Origin: an uncultured delta proteobacterium
GTDB lineage: Bacteria > Desulfobacterota > Binatia > Binatales > Binataceae
Assembly: GCA_963756005.1 (NCBI GenBank)
Contig: CAVWMC010000008.1
Location: 541,125 to 605,124 of the forward strand
DNA: 64,000 bases
Direction: 5' to 3'
Positions 51,902 to 64,000 of the stretch are shown piece after piece. The stretch's first letter is position 1, and the number at the start of each line of letters is the position of its first letter. The notes under the pieces are model-generated. The model had not been told where the DNA came from and did no database searches. It worked only from the letters and a program-made list of their open reading frames with translations. A program made the translations under genes and the position numbers.

Positions 51902-52879
51902 TTACCAGCGGACGAGGTTTGCGCCCCAGGTCAGGCCGCCGCCGCATGCGTTCAGCATCACGATGCTGCCGTCGTGGATACGGCCTTGCTCGAGCGCCTC
52001 GTCGAGCGCGATCGGCACCGACGCCGCCGACGTATTTCCATAGTGCTCGATATTGGTGAAGACCCTTTCCGGCGGCAGACCAAGGCGTTCCGCGACGGCG
52101 GAAATGATTCGCATGTTCGCCTGATGCGGCACGAACAGATCGATCTCATCGAGCTTGACGCCCGCGCGCTCGGCGACGAGGCGGCTGACTTCTTCCATGC
52201 TCTTGACGGCGATTTTAAATAGCTCGGGGCCCTTCATTTTGATCGCGTCGTCGGGGGAGCGCCGCACTTCCGAATCGATGGTGCTGCGGGTTCCGGTCGA
52301 GCGAACCGAGAGCAGGGTCCAATGCTCGCCGGCGGAGCGCAGCAGGCTCGACAATACGCCGCGATTTCCCGGCTCGGTGACCAGCACGCAGGCGCCGGCG
52401 CCGTCGCCGAACAGGACCGCAGTGCGCCGATCGTTCCAATCGACCATCGTCGAAAGCGCGTCAGCGCCGACCACGAGCACGCGCTTGAAATCGCCGGCGC
52501 GCATCTGTGCGTCCGCGACCTGAAGCGCATAGACGAAGCCCGAGCAGGCGGCGGCGACGTCGAAGGCGGGGATCGACGTGATGCCGAGACCCAGCTGAAT
52601 CTGGCATGCAAAGGAAGGGAAGCCGTACTCCGAGGAAACCGTGCCGACGATGATCGCGTCGAGCTCGCTTGGCTTGACGCCGGCGCGCTCGAGCGCGGTG
52701 CGGCTGGCGTCGGTCGCGATTTGCGCGAGCGATTCACCCTGGCGCATCGCGTAGCGATTGCCGATTCCGGTGCGCGACCGGATCCAATCGTCGGACGTGT
52801 CCATGTAGCGTTCGAGATCTTTATTGGTCAGTGCCGTGCGCGGAACGGCCCGTCCGGTGGCGACAATTCTTGAGCCCAT
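51902..52879 (-). CDS. fabH: 3-oxoacyl-ACP synthase III
   Basis: AAACSGFVYAL (active-site Cys), HQANMRII (His), YGNTSAASVPIAL (Asn) and GGGLTWGA. Confidence 0.95.
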   Translation of the reverse strand: MGSRIVATGRAVPRTALTNKDLERYMDTSDDWIRSRTGIGNRYAMRQGESLAQIATDASRTALERAGVKPSELDAIIVGTVSSEYGFPSFACQIQLGLGITSIPAFDVAAACSGFVYALQVADAQMRAGDFKRVLVVGADALSTMVDWNDRRTAVLFGDGAGACVLVTEPGNRGVLSSLLRSAGEHWTLLSVRSTGTRSTIDSEVRRSPDDAIKMKGPELFKIAVKSMEEVSRLVAERAGVKLDEIDLFVPHQANMRIISAVAERLGLPPERVFTNIEHYGNTSAASVPIALDEALEQGRIHDGSIVMLNACGGGLTWGANLVRW

Positions 52880-52899
52880 TCTGAAACCGCTTAGCCTGG

Positions 52900-54138
52900 T
52901 TAGGCGGGCCTGAAGGCCAGCGTCGTGTTGGTGCCGCCGAACCCGAACGAATTATTGAGCGCGATGCGAATCTTCGCGGCGCGCGCCTTATTCGGCACGT
53001 AATCGAGGTCGCATTCGGGGTCCGGAACTTCCTGGTTGATGGTCGGCGGCATCATGCCGCGATCGATCGCGAGCACCGTGTACACCGATTCGATCGCGCC
53101 GGCGGCGCCGAGCGTATGCCCGGTCATCGACTTGGTGGAGCTGATCGCAACTTTCGCTGCGCGCTCGCCGAAGACGTGCTTCACAGCTTGAGTCTCCGCG
53201 AGATCGCCTTGCTCAGTCGAGGTGCCGTGCGCGTTGATGTAATCGACTTCGTTGGGATCGAGATCGCTGTCCTCGAGACACATCCGCATGCACTTGGCGG
53301 CGCCGCGTCCGTTCGGCGCGGGCGACGTGATGTGGTAGGCGTCGCTGTTGGCGGCGTAACCGCAAATCTCGGCGAGGATCTTCGCGCCGCGCTTGATTGC
53401 GGCGTCGCGCTCTTCGAGGATCAGCGCCGCCGATCCTTCCGACATCACGAAGCCGTCGCGTTCCTTGTCGAATGGACGGCTGGCCTTGGCCGGCTCTTCG
53501 TTGCGGGTCGATAGCGCGCGCATCGCGACGAACCCGCCGACCCCGAGCGAGGTGATTGCCGCCTCCGAGCCGCCGGTGATCGCGGCGTCGAGGTAGCCGA
53601 GCCGAATCATCCGATAGGCCTCGCCGATCGCATGACTGCCCGACGCGCACGCGCTGGTGGTGGCGAGGTTGGCGCCGCGCGCGCCGTAACGAATCGAGAT
53701 CTGCCCGGGCGCGAGGTTGCTGATCAGCTTGGGAATGAAAAACGGAGTGACGTGGCGCAGCCCGGTCTCGATGAAGACCTTGTGATACTCCTCGATCGTG
53801 CAAAGGCCGCCGATGCCGACGCCGATCAGCACGCCGACGTTGTCCGCATTTTCCTCGGTGATCTTTAACCCCGACTGACGCATCGCCTGCTCGGCGGACG
53901 CGACCGCGTACTGGATGAACGGATCCATCTTTTTGATGTCGCGTTTTTCGATCCAGTCTTCGGGATTGAAATCCCGCACCTCGCCGGCGATGCGCGCGGG
54001 GAAGTCCGAGGCGTCGAAACGCGTGATCAGCCCGATACCGGACCGCCCCGCCATCAGGGCGTCCCAGTTCTTTTCAACTCCAACTCCGAGCGGCGTCACC
54101 AGTCCAACTCCGGTGATCACCACGCGTCGCTCAAGCAT
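52900..54138 (-). CDS. fabF: 3-oxoacyl-ACP synthase II
   Basis: RVVITGVGLVTPLGVGVEKNWDAL, active-site ATTSACASG, HGTSTEQGD, GHTLGAAG and NSFGFGGTN. Confidence 0.95.
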   Translation of the reverse strand: MLERRVVITGVGLVTPLGVGVEKNWDALMAGRSGIGLITRFDASDFPARIAGEVRDFNPEDWIEKRDIKKMDPFIQYAVASAEQAMRQSGLKITEENADNVGVLIGVGIGGLCTIEEYHKVFIETGLRHVTPFFIPKLISNLAPGQISIRYGARGANLATTSACASGSHAIGEAYRMIRLGYLDAAITGGSEAAITSLGVGGFVAMRALSTRNEEPAKASRPFDKERDGFVMSEGSAALILEERDAAIKRGAKILAEICGYAANSDAYHITSPAPNGRGAAKCMRMCLEDSDLDPNEVDYINAHGTSTEQGDLAETQAVKHVFGERAAKVAISSTKSMTGHTLGAAGAIESVYTVLAIDRGMMPPTINQEVPDPECDLDYVPNKARAAKIRIALNNSFGFGGTNTTLAFRPA

Positions 54139-54295
54139 TGGTCTCATCAGGCCCCTCATCCTCCGTCGAGTTCAAACATAATCATCTATCAAAAAGCGTC
54201 TGCGGTCGAGAATCCGGCGAAGCGAAATGCACAGCTTTTGTGTGGCTCGATTCGCGGCCTTGCATCTAAACTTGTACCGATGAAACAATCTCAGG

Positions 54296-54664
54296 ATGCC
54301 CCTCAGTAATCCCGCAGACGATCCGTTCACTAAACTCGCGCAAAATCTTGGCGAACTCGAGATTGTGATCGGCGAGCGCGCGCGGCCTGCGATTGCCGGC
54401 GTGCGCGAGGGTCTGCGTAACGCGCTCGCATGCCGCGAGAGTGGCGATATGGCGGGCTCGATCGCGGCGATCCGTATCGCGATGGAGCGGCTGGCGAATC
54501 TCGGCAGCACGCTCGATCCTGAAGAAGGCGCAATGATGCGGTTTATCGCGGATCGGTTCACCGAGGCGCTCGGTGCCGGTCAGAAGGGCGACGCGAAATC
54601 CACCGTGGACGTAATGCGTCGCAAGGCCGGCGACACCAAGGACGACGACAAGAAAGATTGGTGA
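54296..54664 (+). CDS. hypothetical protein
   Basis: 122 aa with GC3-rich, coding-like codon usage and no recognisable motif. Lies between fabF (divergent) and tkt. Confidence 0.4.
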   Translation: MPLSNPADDPFTKLAQNLGELEIVIGERARPAIAGVREGLRNALACRESGDMAGSIAAIRIAMERLANLGSTLDPEEGAMMRFIADRFTEALGAGQKGDAKSTVDVMRRKAGDTKDDDKKDW

Positions 54665-54767
54665 CCGCGCCGGAGTTGGCGAGTCGCGCACGTACTGCGG
54701 TAAAGTTGGCGGCATCGATCAAACTGGCGGATTCGAGCACCCGCCCCAAATCACGCGTGGAGAAATC

Positions 54768-56798
<2,031 letters not shown>

Positions 56799-56833
56799 CG
56801 AGCTCGACCGAATTTTCAATCAGGGGCTGAACC

Positions 56834-59692
56834 ATGGCCAACGCTGAAAATCCTCTGAAGCAGTTGGAGCATTTTGGACAGGCCGTGTGGCTCGACTACA
56901 TACGGCGTCATCTGCTGACGTCCGCTGAATTTCGCCGCATCCTCGACGAGGACGGCCTCAAGGGCATGACCTCGAATCCGACGATCTTCGAGAAAGCGAT
57001 CGCCGGCTCGACCGACTACGACGATCAGCTCAAACAACTCGCGCCCAGCAACAAAAGCATCGACGAAATTTACGAAGCGCTCTCGATGCAGGATATCCGG
57101 GCCGCCGCCGACGCGTTCCGCCCGCTCTACGACCGCACCGGCGGCATCCACGGCTACATCAGCTACGAAGTTTCGCCGACGCTCGCCAACGACACCGACG
57201 GCACCATCGCGGCGGCGCGCCGTTATTGGGACGCGCTCGCGCGGCCCAACGTGATGATCAAGGTTCCATCGACGCCCGCCGGTCTGCCCGCGATCGAGCA
57301 GCTGATTTCCGAAGGACGCAACGTCAACGTGACGCTGATGTTCTCGATGAAGCATTACGACGATGTCGCCGAGGCGTTTATCCGCGGCCTCGAGCGTCGG
57401 CTGAAGGCGGGGAAATCGATCGACAAGGTCTGGTCGGTCGCGAGTGTGTTCGTCAGCCGGATGGAGACGCTCATCGATCGCAAACTCGAGGACAAGTTGA
57501 AGGCCCGTCCCAACGAGGCGCTCGCCGCGCTGATGGGCAAGTCGGCGGTCGCCAATACGCGGCTCATCTACCAGCGCTATAAGGAAATTTTCAAGGGCGA
57601 TCGATTCAAGGACGTGCTGGCGAAGGGCGGGCGGCCGCAGTGGCCGTTGTGGGCGTCCACCGGCACCAAGAATCACGCCTACAGCGATATCAAGTACGTC
57701 GAGGACCTGGTCGGTCCCGACACTGTGAACACGATGCCGCCGGAGACGATGAATGCGTTTCGCGATCACGGCAAAGCGCGCGCGTCGCTCGAGGAGGGCG
57801 TCGCCGAGGCGCGCGACATCGTCAAGCGGCTGGCTGCAGTGGGGATCGATCTGAACGCGGCGGGCGAGGAATTGCAGCTCGAGGGCGTCCAGTCGTTCGC
57901 GAAGTCGTTCGAGGACTTGGGCGCGGTGATCAAGGGACGGCGCGCGGCGATCGTCGATGGCGCGCAGGACAAGCAGTCGATCGCGGCGACCGGCTACGAA
58001 GCGCAGCTCGATGCGGCGTACAAGGATCTCGACAAGAACGATTTTCCCGCACGGCTGTGGAAGAAGGACGCCACGCTGTGGTCGAAGAATCCGAAGGAGC
58101 AGGAGGTTATCAAAAACGGGCTCGCCTTTCTGACGGTGCCCGAGACGATGGCCGAGCGTGTGAAAGATCTGGCGTCGTTCGCCGACGAAGTGCGCGGCGC
58201 CGGCTTCCGCGACGTTGTGCTGCTCGGGATGGGCGGTTCGTCGCAGAGCGCCGAGTTGTTTGCCGCGACCTTTCCGAGCGCGTCAGGCTACCCCAAGCTT
58301 CACGTGCTCGATTCCACTGTTCCGGATTCTATCCACGCGCTCGATCGCAACATCGACATCACCAGGACTCTGTTCGTCGTCGCGAGCAAGACCGGCGAGA
58401 CCGTCGAGACGCTGTCGCACTGCAACGCATTTTTCGAGCGCGTGAAGGCGAAGTCGTCGAATCCCGCGGGATCGCATTTCGTCGCGATCACCGACCCGGG
58501 AACCAAACTCGCGGCGCTCGCGAAGGAAAATAAATTTCGCCGCGTGTTCCTGAATCCAGCCAGTATCGTCGGCTGCTATTCGGTGCTGTCGTATTTTGGG
58601 TTGGTGCCCGCCGCGCTGATCGGGATGGACGTGGCGACGCTCGTCGATCGCGCGCTGCGCATGACGCACAGCTCCGCCGGATGCGTGCGGGTCGATCAAA
58701 ATCTGGGAGTCAGCCTCGGCGCGGCTCTGGGAGCACTCAAGAAGGCGGGCCGCGACAAGCTCACTTTCATTATCTCGCCGCCCATCAGCGCGTTCGGGCT
58801 GTGGGTCGAACAGTTGATCGCCGAAAGCACCGGCAAGAACGGCATCGGCATTGTGCCGGTTTGCGACGAGCCGCTCAGCCGACGCAAAATCCTACGGCAA
58901 GGACCGCGCGTTCGTTTACCTCAAGCTGAGCAACGGCGCCGATGCGGCGCAGGATGCCGCGTTCGCAGGCTATCAAGAAGGCGAACATCCCGACGGTGCT
59001 GATCGCGGTGTCGGACAAAATCGATCTCGGCGAAGAATTCATGCGCTGGGAAATCGCCTCAGTGACCGCCGCCGCGGTGCTCGGTGTCGATCCGTTCGTG
59101 CAGCCTGGCGTGCAGGAGAGCAAGGACAACACCAGCCGTATCCTCGCCGAGTTCGCGCGCAGCCAAAAGGTTCCCGGCGCAGACGCCGCTCGCCGAAAAG
59201 GGCAAGCTCGCGCTTTTTTCCGGCGGCACCGCGGGCGAGGCTCTGAAGGGCAAGCGCGACTTTCGCGAAATCATCGGCGCGTTCATGAGCCTTGCGCAGC
59301 CCGGCGATTACTTTGCCGCGATGGCCTACGTCTCGCCCAATCCGACCGTCGATAAGGAGCTCGCGACGATTCGCAAAGCGATCGTCGATCGCTACGGCAT
59401 CGCGACCACCTTCGGCTACGGCCCGCGCTGCCTGCATTCGACCGGACAGTTGCACAAGGGTGGTCCGAACACCGGCATGTTCCTGCAAATCACCCAGGAC
59501 CATCGCGACTCGATTCCGATCCCCGGTGCGTCCTACGATTTCGCGCAGCTCAACCAGGCACAGTACCTCGGCGACTTCCAATCGCTCGAAGCGCATGGCC
59601 GCCGAGTGATTCGCGTGCATCTGGCGGGACACGATCCGGTCGGCGCGATCGAAGCGCTGCGCAATGAAATCGTCGCGGCCATCGCCAGGTAA
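56834..59692 (+). CDS. bifunctional transaldolase / glucose-6-phosphate isomerase (fusion), with three apparent +1 frameshifts between ~58880 and ~59180
   Basis: Transaldolase N-half (LKQLEHFGQAVWLDYIRR...GMTSNPTIFEKAI...NVMIKVPSTPAG). PGI C-half (FRDVVLLGMGGSSQS...FVVASKTGETVETL...). The PGI tail reads successively in frames 2->0->1->2 (track ORFs 56834..59002, 58851..59246, 58942..59355, 59084..59692), ending ...GYGPRCLHSTGQLHKGGP...EALRNEIVAAIAR. Confidence 0.8.
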
Positions 59693-59695
59693 TAT

Positions 59696-60439
59696 ATGAC
59701 TGAACCGAAGCTGATCATCCTCAACGACGCGCACGAACTCTACGTCCGCGCCGCCGAAGAAACCGCGCACATCGCCGGCGAGTCGATTTGCACCCACGGC
59801 GAGTTCACCTTCTGCCTCTCGGGCGGCTCGACGCCCGCCGCCACCTACGACCTGCTCGCGACGCGCTTTCACCTGAGCGTCGATTGGAAGGAAGTGCAAT
59901 TTTACTGGGGCGACGAGCGCTGCGTCCCGCCCGACAGCGCCGAGAGCAATTATGCGATGGCCAATCGCACGATGCTCAGCAAGCTCGCGCTCCGGCCCGA
60001 CCAGGTGCATCGGATGCGCGGCGAAGATCCGCCCGCGGCCGCGGCTGCCGCCTACGAAGATGAGCTGCGCAAGCGCTTCGGCCTCGGCGACGGCGAATTT
60101 CCGCGCTTCGATCTCGTGATGCTCGGGCTCGGCGACAATCGGCACACCGCGTCGCTGTTTCCCGGCGACCCCGCGATTCACGAGACCCAGCGCATGGTGG
60201 TTGCCGTCGAGGTCGCCGCGGATCCGCCCCGGCGCCTGACCTTCACGCCGCCCGTTATCAACAACGCGCAGCGCGTGATGTTCCTGGTGGCGGGGCAGGG
60301 CAAGGCCGCGGCGGTGAAAGACGTGCTCGAAGGGGCGCGCGACCTCGACAAATTTCCCGCGCAGCTCGTCGCGCCGCGCGACGGCGAAGTCATCTGGCTG
60401 CTCGACAAGGCCGCCGCCAGTCTGCTTTCTCCGCGCTGA
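59696..60439 (+). CDS. pgl: 6-phosphogluconolactonase
   Basis: FTFCLSGGSTP...VQFYWGDERCVPPD...FDLVMLGLGDNRHTASLFPG are Pgl/NagB-fold signatures. Completes the tkt/tal-pgi/pgl pentose-phosphate cluster. Confidence 0.85.
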   Translation: MTEPKLIILNDAHELYVRAAEETAHIAGESICTHGEFTFCLSGGSTPAATYDLLATRFHLSVDWKEVQFYWGDERCVPPDSAESNYAMANRTMLSKLALRPDQVHRMRGEDPPAAAAAAYEDELRKRFGLGDGEFPRFDLVMLGLGDNRHTASLFPGDPAIHETQRMVVAVEVAADPPRRLTFTPPVINNAQRVMFLVAGQGKAAAVKDVLEGARDLDKFPAQLVAPRDGEVIWLLDKAAASLLSPR

Positions 60440-60457
60440 TCGGGCAAAATAGACTCG

Positions 60458-61000
60458 ATGCGATTCGTACTGCGCCACTTCACCGCGATCCTCGTGCTTG
60501 CCGCCGTCGCCGGATGGGCGGTCTTTTACCTGCCCAACTCTCCGACCTGGGCCGTGCTCCGCCTGAAGCAGGCCATCGACGCGCGCGACGGCGACGAAGC
60601 CGCCAAGTACGTCGATTTCCAAAGCGTCGTGAAGAAGGCGGGCCAGGAGATGGTGCGGAAGCAGGGCGCCACCGATCCGCTGAGCGCGATGCTCGGCAAC
60701 GCCGCGATCGATCTGCTCACCAAGCCAATGGCGCAGGTGGCGCAGGCGTGGGTGATCAAGAAAGTCGATGACGGCGCGCACGAGGTGCAGATGCCCAATG
60801 CGGCGGTGGCGGGCGCGGTCATAGTGCTGCATCGCAACGGCGACACCGCGGCCACCGACTTCACCGACAACAAGGGCCAGCGCTGGCGAATCCACCTGGC
60901 GCGCGGCGACGACGGCTATTGGCGCGTCACCGAAATCGAAGACGTCGAGGAACTGCTGCAAAAGCTCCAACACAACCAGCCGATGGGCGGCTCGCCGTAG
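60458..61000 (+). CDS. hypothetical membrane-anchored protein (DUF2939-like)
   Basis: N-terminal TM FTAILVLAAVAGWAVFYL, 180 aa, no catalytic motifs. Confidence 0.4.
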   Translation: MRFVLRHFTAILVLAAVAGWAVFYLPNSPTWAVLRLKQAIDARDGDEAAKYVDFQSVVKKAGQEMVRKQGATDPLSAMLGNAAIDLLTKPMAQVAQAWVIKKVDDGAHEVQMPNAAVAGAVIVLHRNGDTAATDFTDNKGQRWRIHLARGDDGYWRVTEIEDVEELLQKLQHNQPMGGSP

Positions 61001-61108
61001 CGCGCGCGTTCGCGACCTGCGTTTACTCTGGGTTCGGCGACAGCTACAATGGTTATCCGCGCGGGCGAACCTGAGGAGGCTCGGCCGCGTTTTAGCATTC
61101 AGCACAAA

Positions 61109-62956
61109 ATGAGACGTTCAGACATAAGAAATTTAGCGATCGTCGCCCACGTCGATCACGGTAAAACCACTTTGGTCGACGCGATGCTGCGCCAGTCGGG
61201 CGTGTTCCGCGCCAACGAGCAGGTCATCGATCGCGTCATGGATTCCAACGCGCTCGAACGCGAGCGCGGCATCACGATCATGGCCAAGAACACCTCGATC
61301 CTGTGGGGTGACACGCGCATCAACATCGTCGATACTCCGGGCCACTCGGATTTCGGCGGCGAGGTCGAGCGCACGCTCTCGATGGTGGACGGCGTGCTGC
61401 TGCTGGTCGATGCGTGCGAAGGGCCGTTGCCGCAGACGCGCTTCGTGCTCAAGAAGGCGCTCGAGTCGAACCTGCCCGCGATTCTTTGCATCAACAAGAT
61501 CGATCGCGCCGACGCGCGCGCGCCCGAGGTCCTCGACGAGGTTTACGATCTGTTCATCGACCTCGGCGCCAACGAGAGCCAGCTCGATTTCCCCGTGCTC
61601 TACACGCAGGCGCGCGCCGGCACCGCGTCGCTCAGGCTCGATGTTCCGAGCGAAAATCTGATCCCGCTGTTTGACGCGATCGTCGCCCATCTGCCGGGTC
61701 CCGAAGTCGATCCCGACGCGACCCTCCAGTTCCAGGTCAATAATATCGACTACGACGACTACGTCGGCCGCCTCGCGGTCGGCAGAATCATCGCAGGCTC
61801 GATGACAGCGTCGCAGAATTATTCGCTATGCCGCCGTGACGGCAAGACTGTCGTGTGCAAGGTCGCCCACATCTATGGATGGGAGGGGTTAACCCGGGTC
61901 GAGCGCAACACCGCTAGCGCGGGCGAAATCGTGATCGTCGCCGGCGTTGAGGACGTCGCGATTGGCGAGACTATCGCGGACCTCGAGAATCCGCGCCCGC
62001 TGCCGCCGATTCGTATCGACGAGCCGACCGTCGCGATGACGTTTTCGGTGAACAATGCGCCGTGGGCCGGCCGCGAGGGCGACTTCGTCACCTCGCGCAA
62101 GCTCGGCGAGCGCATCGAATTCGAAGCGCGGAAAAACGTAAGCACTCGCGTCGAGCAATTGTCGCCCGAAGCGTGGCGCGTGATGGGCCGCGGTGAATTG
62201 CAGCTCGCCGTGATCATCGAAACCATGCGCCGCGAAGGCTACGAGATGCAGGTCTCGAAGCCCACCGTCATCACCAAGCAGGCGGACGGCCAGGTGCTCG
62301 AGCCGATGGAGATGCTGGTCATCGACATTCCGTCCGAGTACATCGGCACGGTCACGCAGATGCTCTCGACGCGCAAGGCCAAGATGCGCACGATGATCAC
62401 GCACGCCAGCAGCCGCGTGCGCCTGGAGTACGACATTCCAGCGCGCGGCCTGATCGGATTTCGCGGCCGTTTTCTCGAAAGCACGCGCGGCAACGGCCTG
62501 ATGAATACGCTGTTCAACGGCTACGCGCCGTGGTCGGGCACCATTCGCTCGCGCGCCAACGGTGCGATGATTTCCGATCGCGAGGGCGTCTCGACGCCCT
62601 ACGCGATCTTCCATTTACAGGAGCGCGGTATATTCTTCGTCGGACCCGGCGAGCCGGTTTACGAAGGGATGATCGTCGGCGAGTATGCTCGTGAGATAAA
62701 CTTGCCGGTCAACGTGTGCCGTGAAAAAAAGCTCAGCAATATGCGCGCCTCTGGCCACGACGAAGCGATTCGCCTCTCGCCCGCGCGCATCCCGACCCTC
62801 GACGCCGCGCTCGAATGGATCGACGAGGAAGAGCTGGTCGAGGTCACGCCCAAGTCGGTGCGCCTGCGCAACCGCGTCCTCAAGACCGGGCTCAGGAACA
62901 AACATCGTGCGGGATACCTCGACGCGCCGCCGTCGGAGATGGCCGAGAGCAACTGA
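61109..62956 (+). CDS. typA: translational GTPase TypA/BipA
   Basis: [39 protein letters not shown] and EF-G-like domains. About 615 aa from the internal Met of the track ORF. Confidence 0.95.
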   Translation: MRRSDIRNLAIVAHVDHGKTTLVDAMLRQSGVFRANEQVIDRVMDSNALERERGITIMAKNTSILWGDTRINIVDTPGHSDFGGEVERTLSMVDGVLLLVDACEGPLPQTRFVLKKALESNLPAILCINKIDRADARAPEVLDEVYDLFIDLGANESQLDFPVLYTQARAGTASLRLDVPSENLIPLFDAIVAHLPGPEVDPDATLQFQVNNIDYDDYVGRLAVGRIIAGSMTASQNYSLCRRDGKTVVCKVAHIYGWEGLTRVERNTASAGEIVIVAGVEDVAIGETIADLENPRPLPPIRIDEPTVAMTFSVNNAPWAGREGDFVTSRKLGERIEFEARKNVSTRVEQLSPEAWRVMGRGELQLAVIIETMRREGYEMQVSKPTVITKQADGQVLEPMEMLVIDIPSEYIGTVTQMLSTRKAKMRTMITHASSRVRLEYDIPARGLIGFRGRFLESTRGNGLMNTLFNGYAPWSGTIRSRANGAMISDREGVSTPYAIFHLQERGIFFVGPGEPVYEGMIVGEYAREINLPVNVCREKKLSNMRASGHDEAIRLSPARIPTLDAALEWIDEEELVEVTPKSVRLRNRVLKTGLRNKHRAGYLDAPPSEMAESN

Positions 62957-63016
62957 TCGCTTCGTGATCCAGGCGGACGACGCAGCGGCGGACGTGGCGA
63001 TAACGTCGCGGCAATC

Positions 63017-64000
63017 ATGAGACTTGTCCGAATCGCCGCGCTCTCCGCGCTCATCCTGATAGTCGTGCTCGGCGGTTCCGCCGCGCTGATCCTTTTCAAC
63101 CAGTCGCGCATCGTCGTTTACGTGCTCGCCGCGGTCCGCAATCGCACCGGCATCGACATCATCCCGCGCTCCAGCTCGGTTCAGCTCAGTACTCACCTGA
63201 TCGTCGTCCTCGACCAGCCGCAGGTCATCGAGAACGGACACGAAATCGTCAAGCTCAAGTCGCTCCGAGCGATCGTCTCGTACCATTCGCTTTTCACCGG
63301 CACCGGCCTCCCGCTTTATCGGCTGACCGCGATCAGTCCCGAAATAACGCTGCCGGTGAACTCCGGTAACCCGGCCGTACTCTCGATTCCGCGCCCCGGG
63401 ACGCCCACCATCGACGCGCTTCAAGATGCCTTGCACGCGCTGTCGCGAATTTGCTGGCGGGTCGAGACGGTTGACGCCACCGTCCGCTATGCCGACGGCG
63501 CCGAGGTCGCCAACCAGGTTGGAATCGTCGCGTACCGCACCCGCCACGATCCTTTCCGCTGGATGCTCGGATTCAGCGGCGCGCTGCTCCGCTCGCCCGT
63601 CCCCGGCGCGCGAATGAGCGGCAAGTTCAGCCTTGGCGTCGGCAAGGATTCGCGGCCCGGAGAATTTGCGCACGGCGAGTTATGGACCTGGGACGTGCCG
63701 CTGCAAGGAATCGAGGTCGAGGGCTTCTCGCTGGCCGGGACCATCGACAACACCGTCAAGTTCTCGATGCATGACGATGGCTCTGTGAGCGGCGATATGC
63801 AGGCGGCCGCGGAGAAGCTGATTCTCAAGAGCGCGCGCCTTGCCGCCCCGGAAAATCTGGGCGACTATTCCGTGCGCGCCGCCTTCGAGATAACCGACGG
63901 TAGGTACGCGATCACGCGAATCGTTTTGCGCCGCGTCAACACCGCGGTGCTCTCCGGCGCAACCGTGCTCGACGCTCCCAACAGCGACAATCCGCTGCTC
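63017..64000 (+). CDS. hypothetical membrane-anchored protein, 3'-truncated at window edge
   Basis: ATG at 63017. N-terminal TM (LVRIAALSALILIVVLGGSAALILF). Frame is open to the end of the window (>325 aa). Possibly an AsmA-like outer-membrane assembly family member, but this is unsupported. Confidence 0.4.
   Translation, partial: MRLVRIAALSALILIVVLGGSAALILFNQSRIVVYVLAAVRNRTGIDIIPRSSSVQLSTHLIVVLDQPQVIENGHEIVKLKSLRAIVSYHSLFTGTGLPLYRLTAISPEITLPVNSGNPAVLSIPRPGTPTIDALQDALHALSRICWRVETVDATVRYADGAEVANQVGIVAYRTRHDPFRWMLGFSGALLRSPVPGARMSGKFSLGVGKDSRPGEFAHGELWTWDVPLQGIEVEGFSLAGTIDNTVKFSMHDDGSVSGDMQAAAEKLILKSARLAAPENLGDYSVRAAFEITDGRYAITRIVLRRVNTAVLSGATVLDAPNSDNPLL

Noticed and set aside
59039-61105. 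688-aa ORF on the minus strand
   Set aside because: It is antisense to pgl, the hypothetical gene and typA, all of which have clear homology. Long antisense ORFs are expected at this GC content. The same applies to 36596-38911 (-), 31539-33500 (+), 5860-7170 (+), 54558-55682 (-) and 40263-41273 (-).

Overview
This is a high-GC (about 65-68%) bacterial chromosomal segment, mostly a housekeeping core with several small accessory insertions. It shows no obvious novel defence system. What it does show is a previously undescribed family of short palindromic repeats acting on genes and gene borders.

Core genes, in order: der (5' partial), guaA, gltX, clpP, a prmA-rsmE-gshB operon, dnaG, RNase P RNA (rnpB), clpS-clpA, nadB, pgsA, a phosphoketolase (xfp)-pgm cluster, an acyl-CoA mutase, fabF-fabH, and tkt followed by a fused transaldolase/glucose-6-phosphate isomerase, pgl and typA. 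Four tRNAs are present: Phe(GAA), Met(CAT), Gly(GCC) and Cys(GCA).

Accessory content: a HigB/HigA-like toxin-antitoxin pair next to tRNA-Phe; a ~1.1 kb low-GC islet after tRNA-Gly bounded by a 44-bp direct repeat of the tRNA 3' half; a DUF559 endonuclease-like gene bracketed by inverted palindromic repeats; a ~50-codon acetate kinase relic downstream of xfp-pgm; a ~14-repeat NHL beta-propeller protein; and a ~1200-aa surface protein with SbsA-type Ig domains, a ~1.6 kb (TDTATA)n tandem-repeat region and a C-terminal ice-binding-like (DUF3494) domain.

The most unusual signal is a dispersed family of GC-rich palindromic repeats carrying a conserved GGTTAGGGTGG tail. It occurs in many intergenic regions and once in-frame inside a glycerophosphodiester phosphodiesterase gene. 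It also forms a ~480-bp tandem cluster of degenerate palindromic units that is not CRISPR-like. Separately, a 93-bp direct repeat flanks a single ArsA/Get3-like ATPase gene.

Several genes carry apparent single-base frameshifts: gshB, the second arsA-like gene, tal-pgi (three times), the giant repeat protein, and the missing stop of the DUF155 gene. These are more likely assembly indels than true pseudogenes and should be checked against reads.
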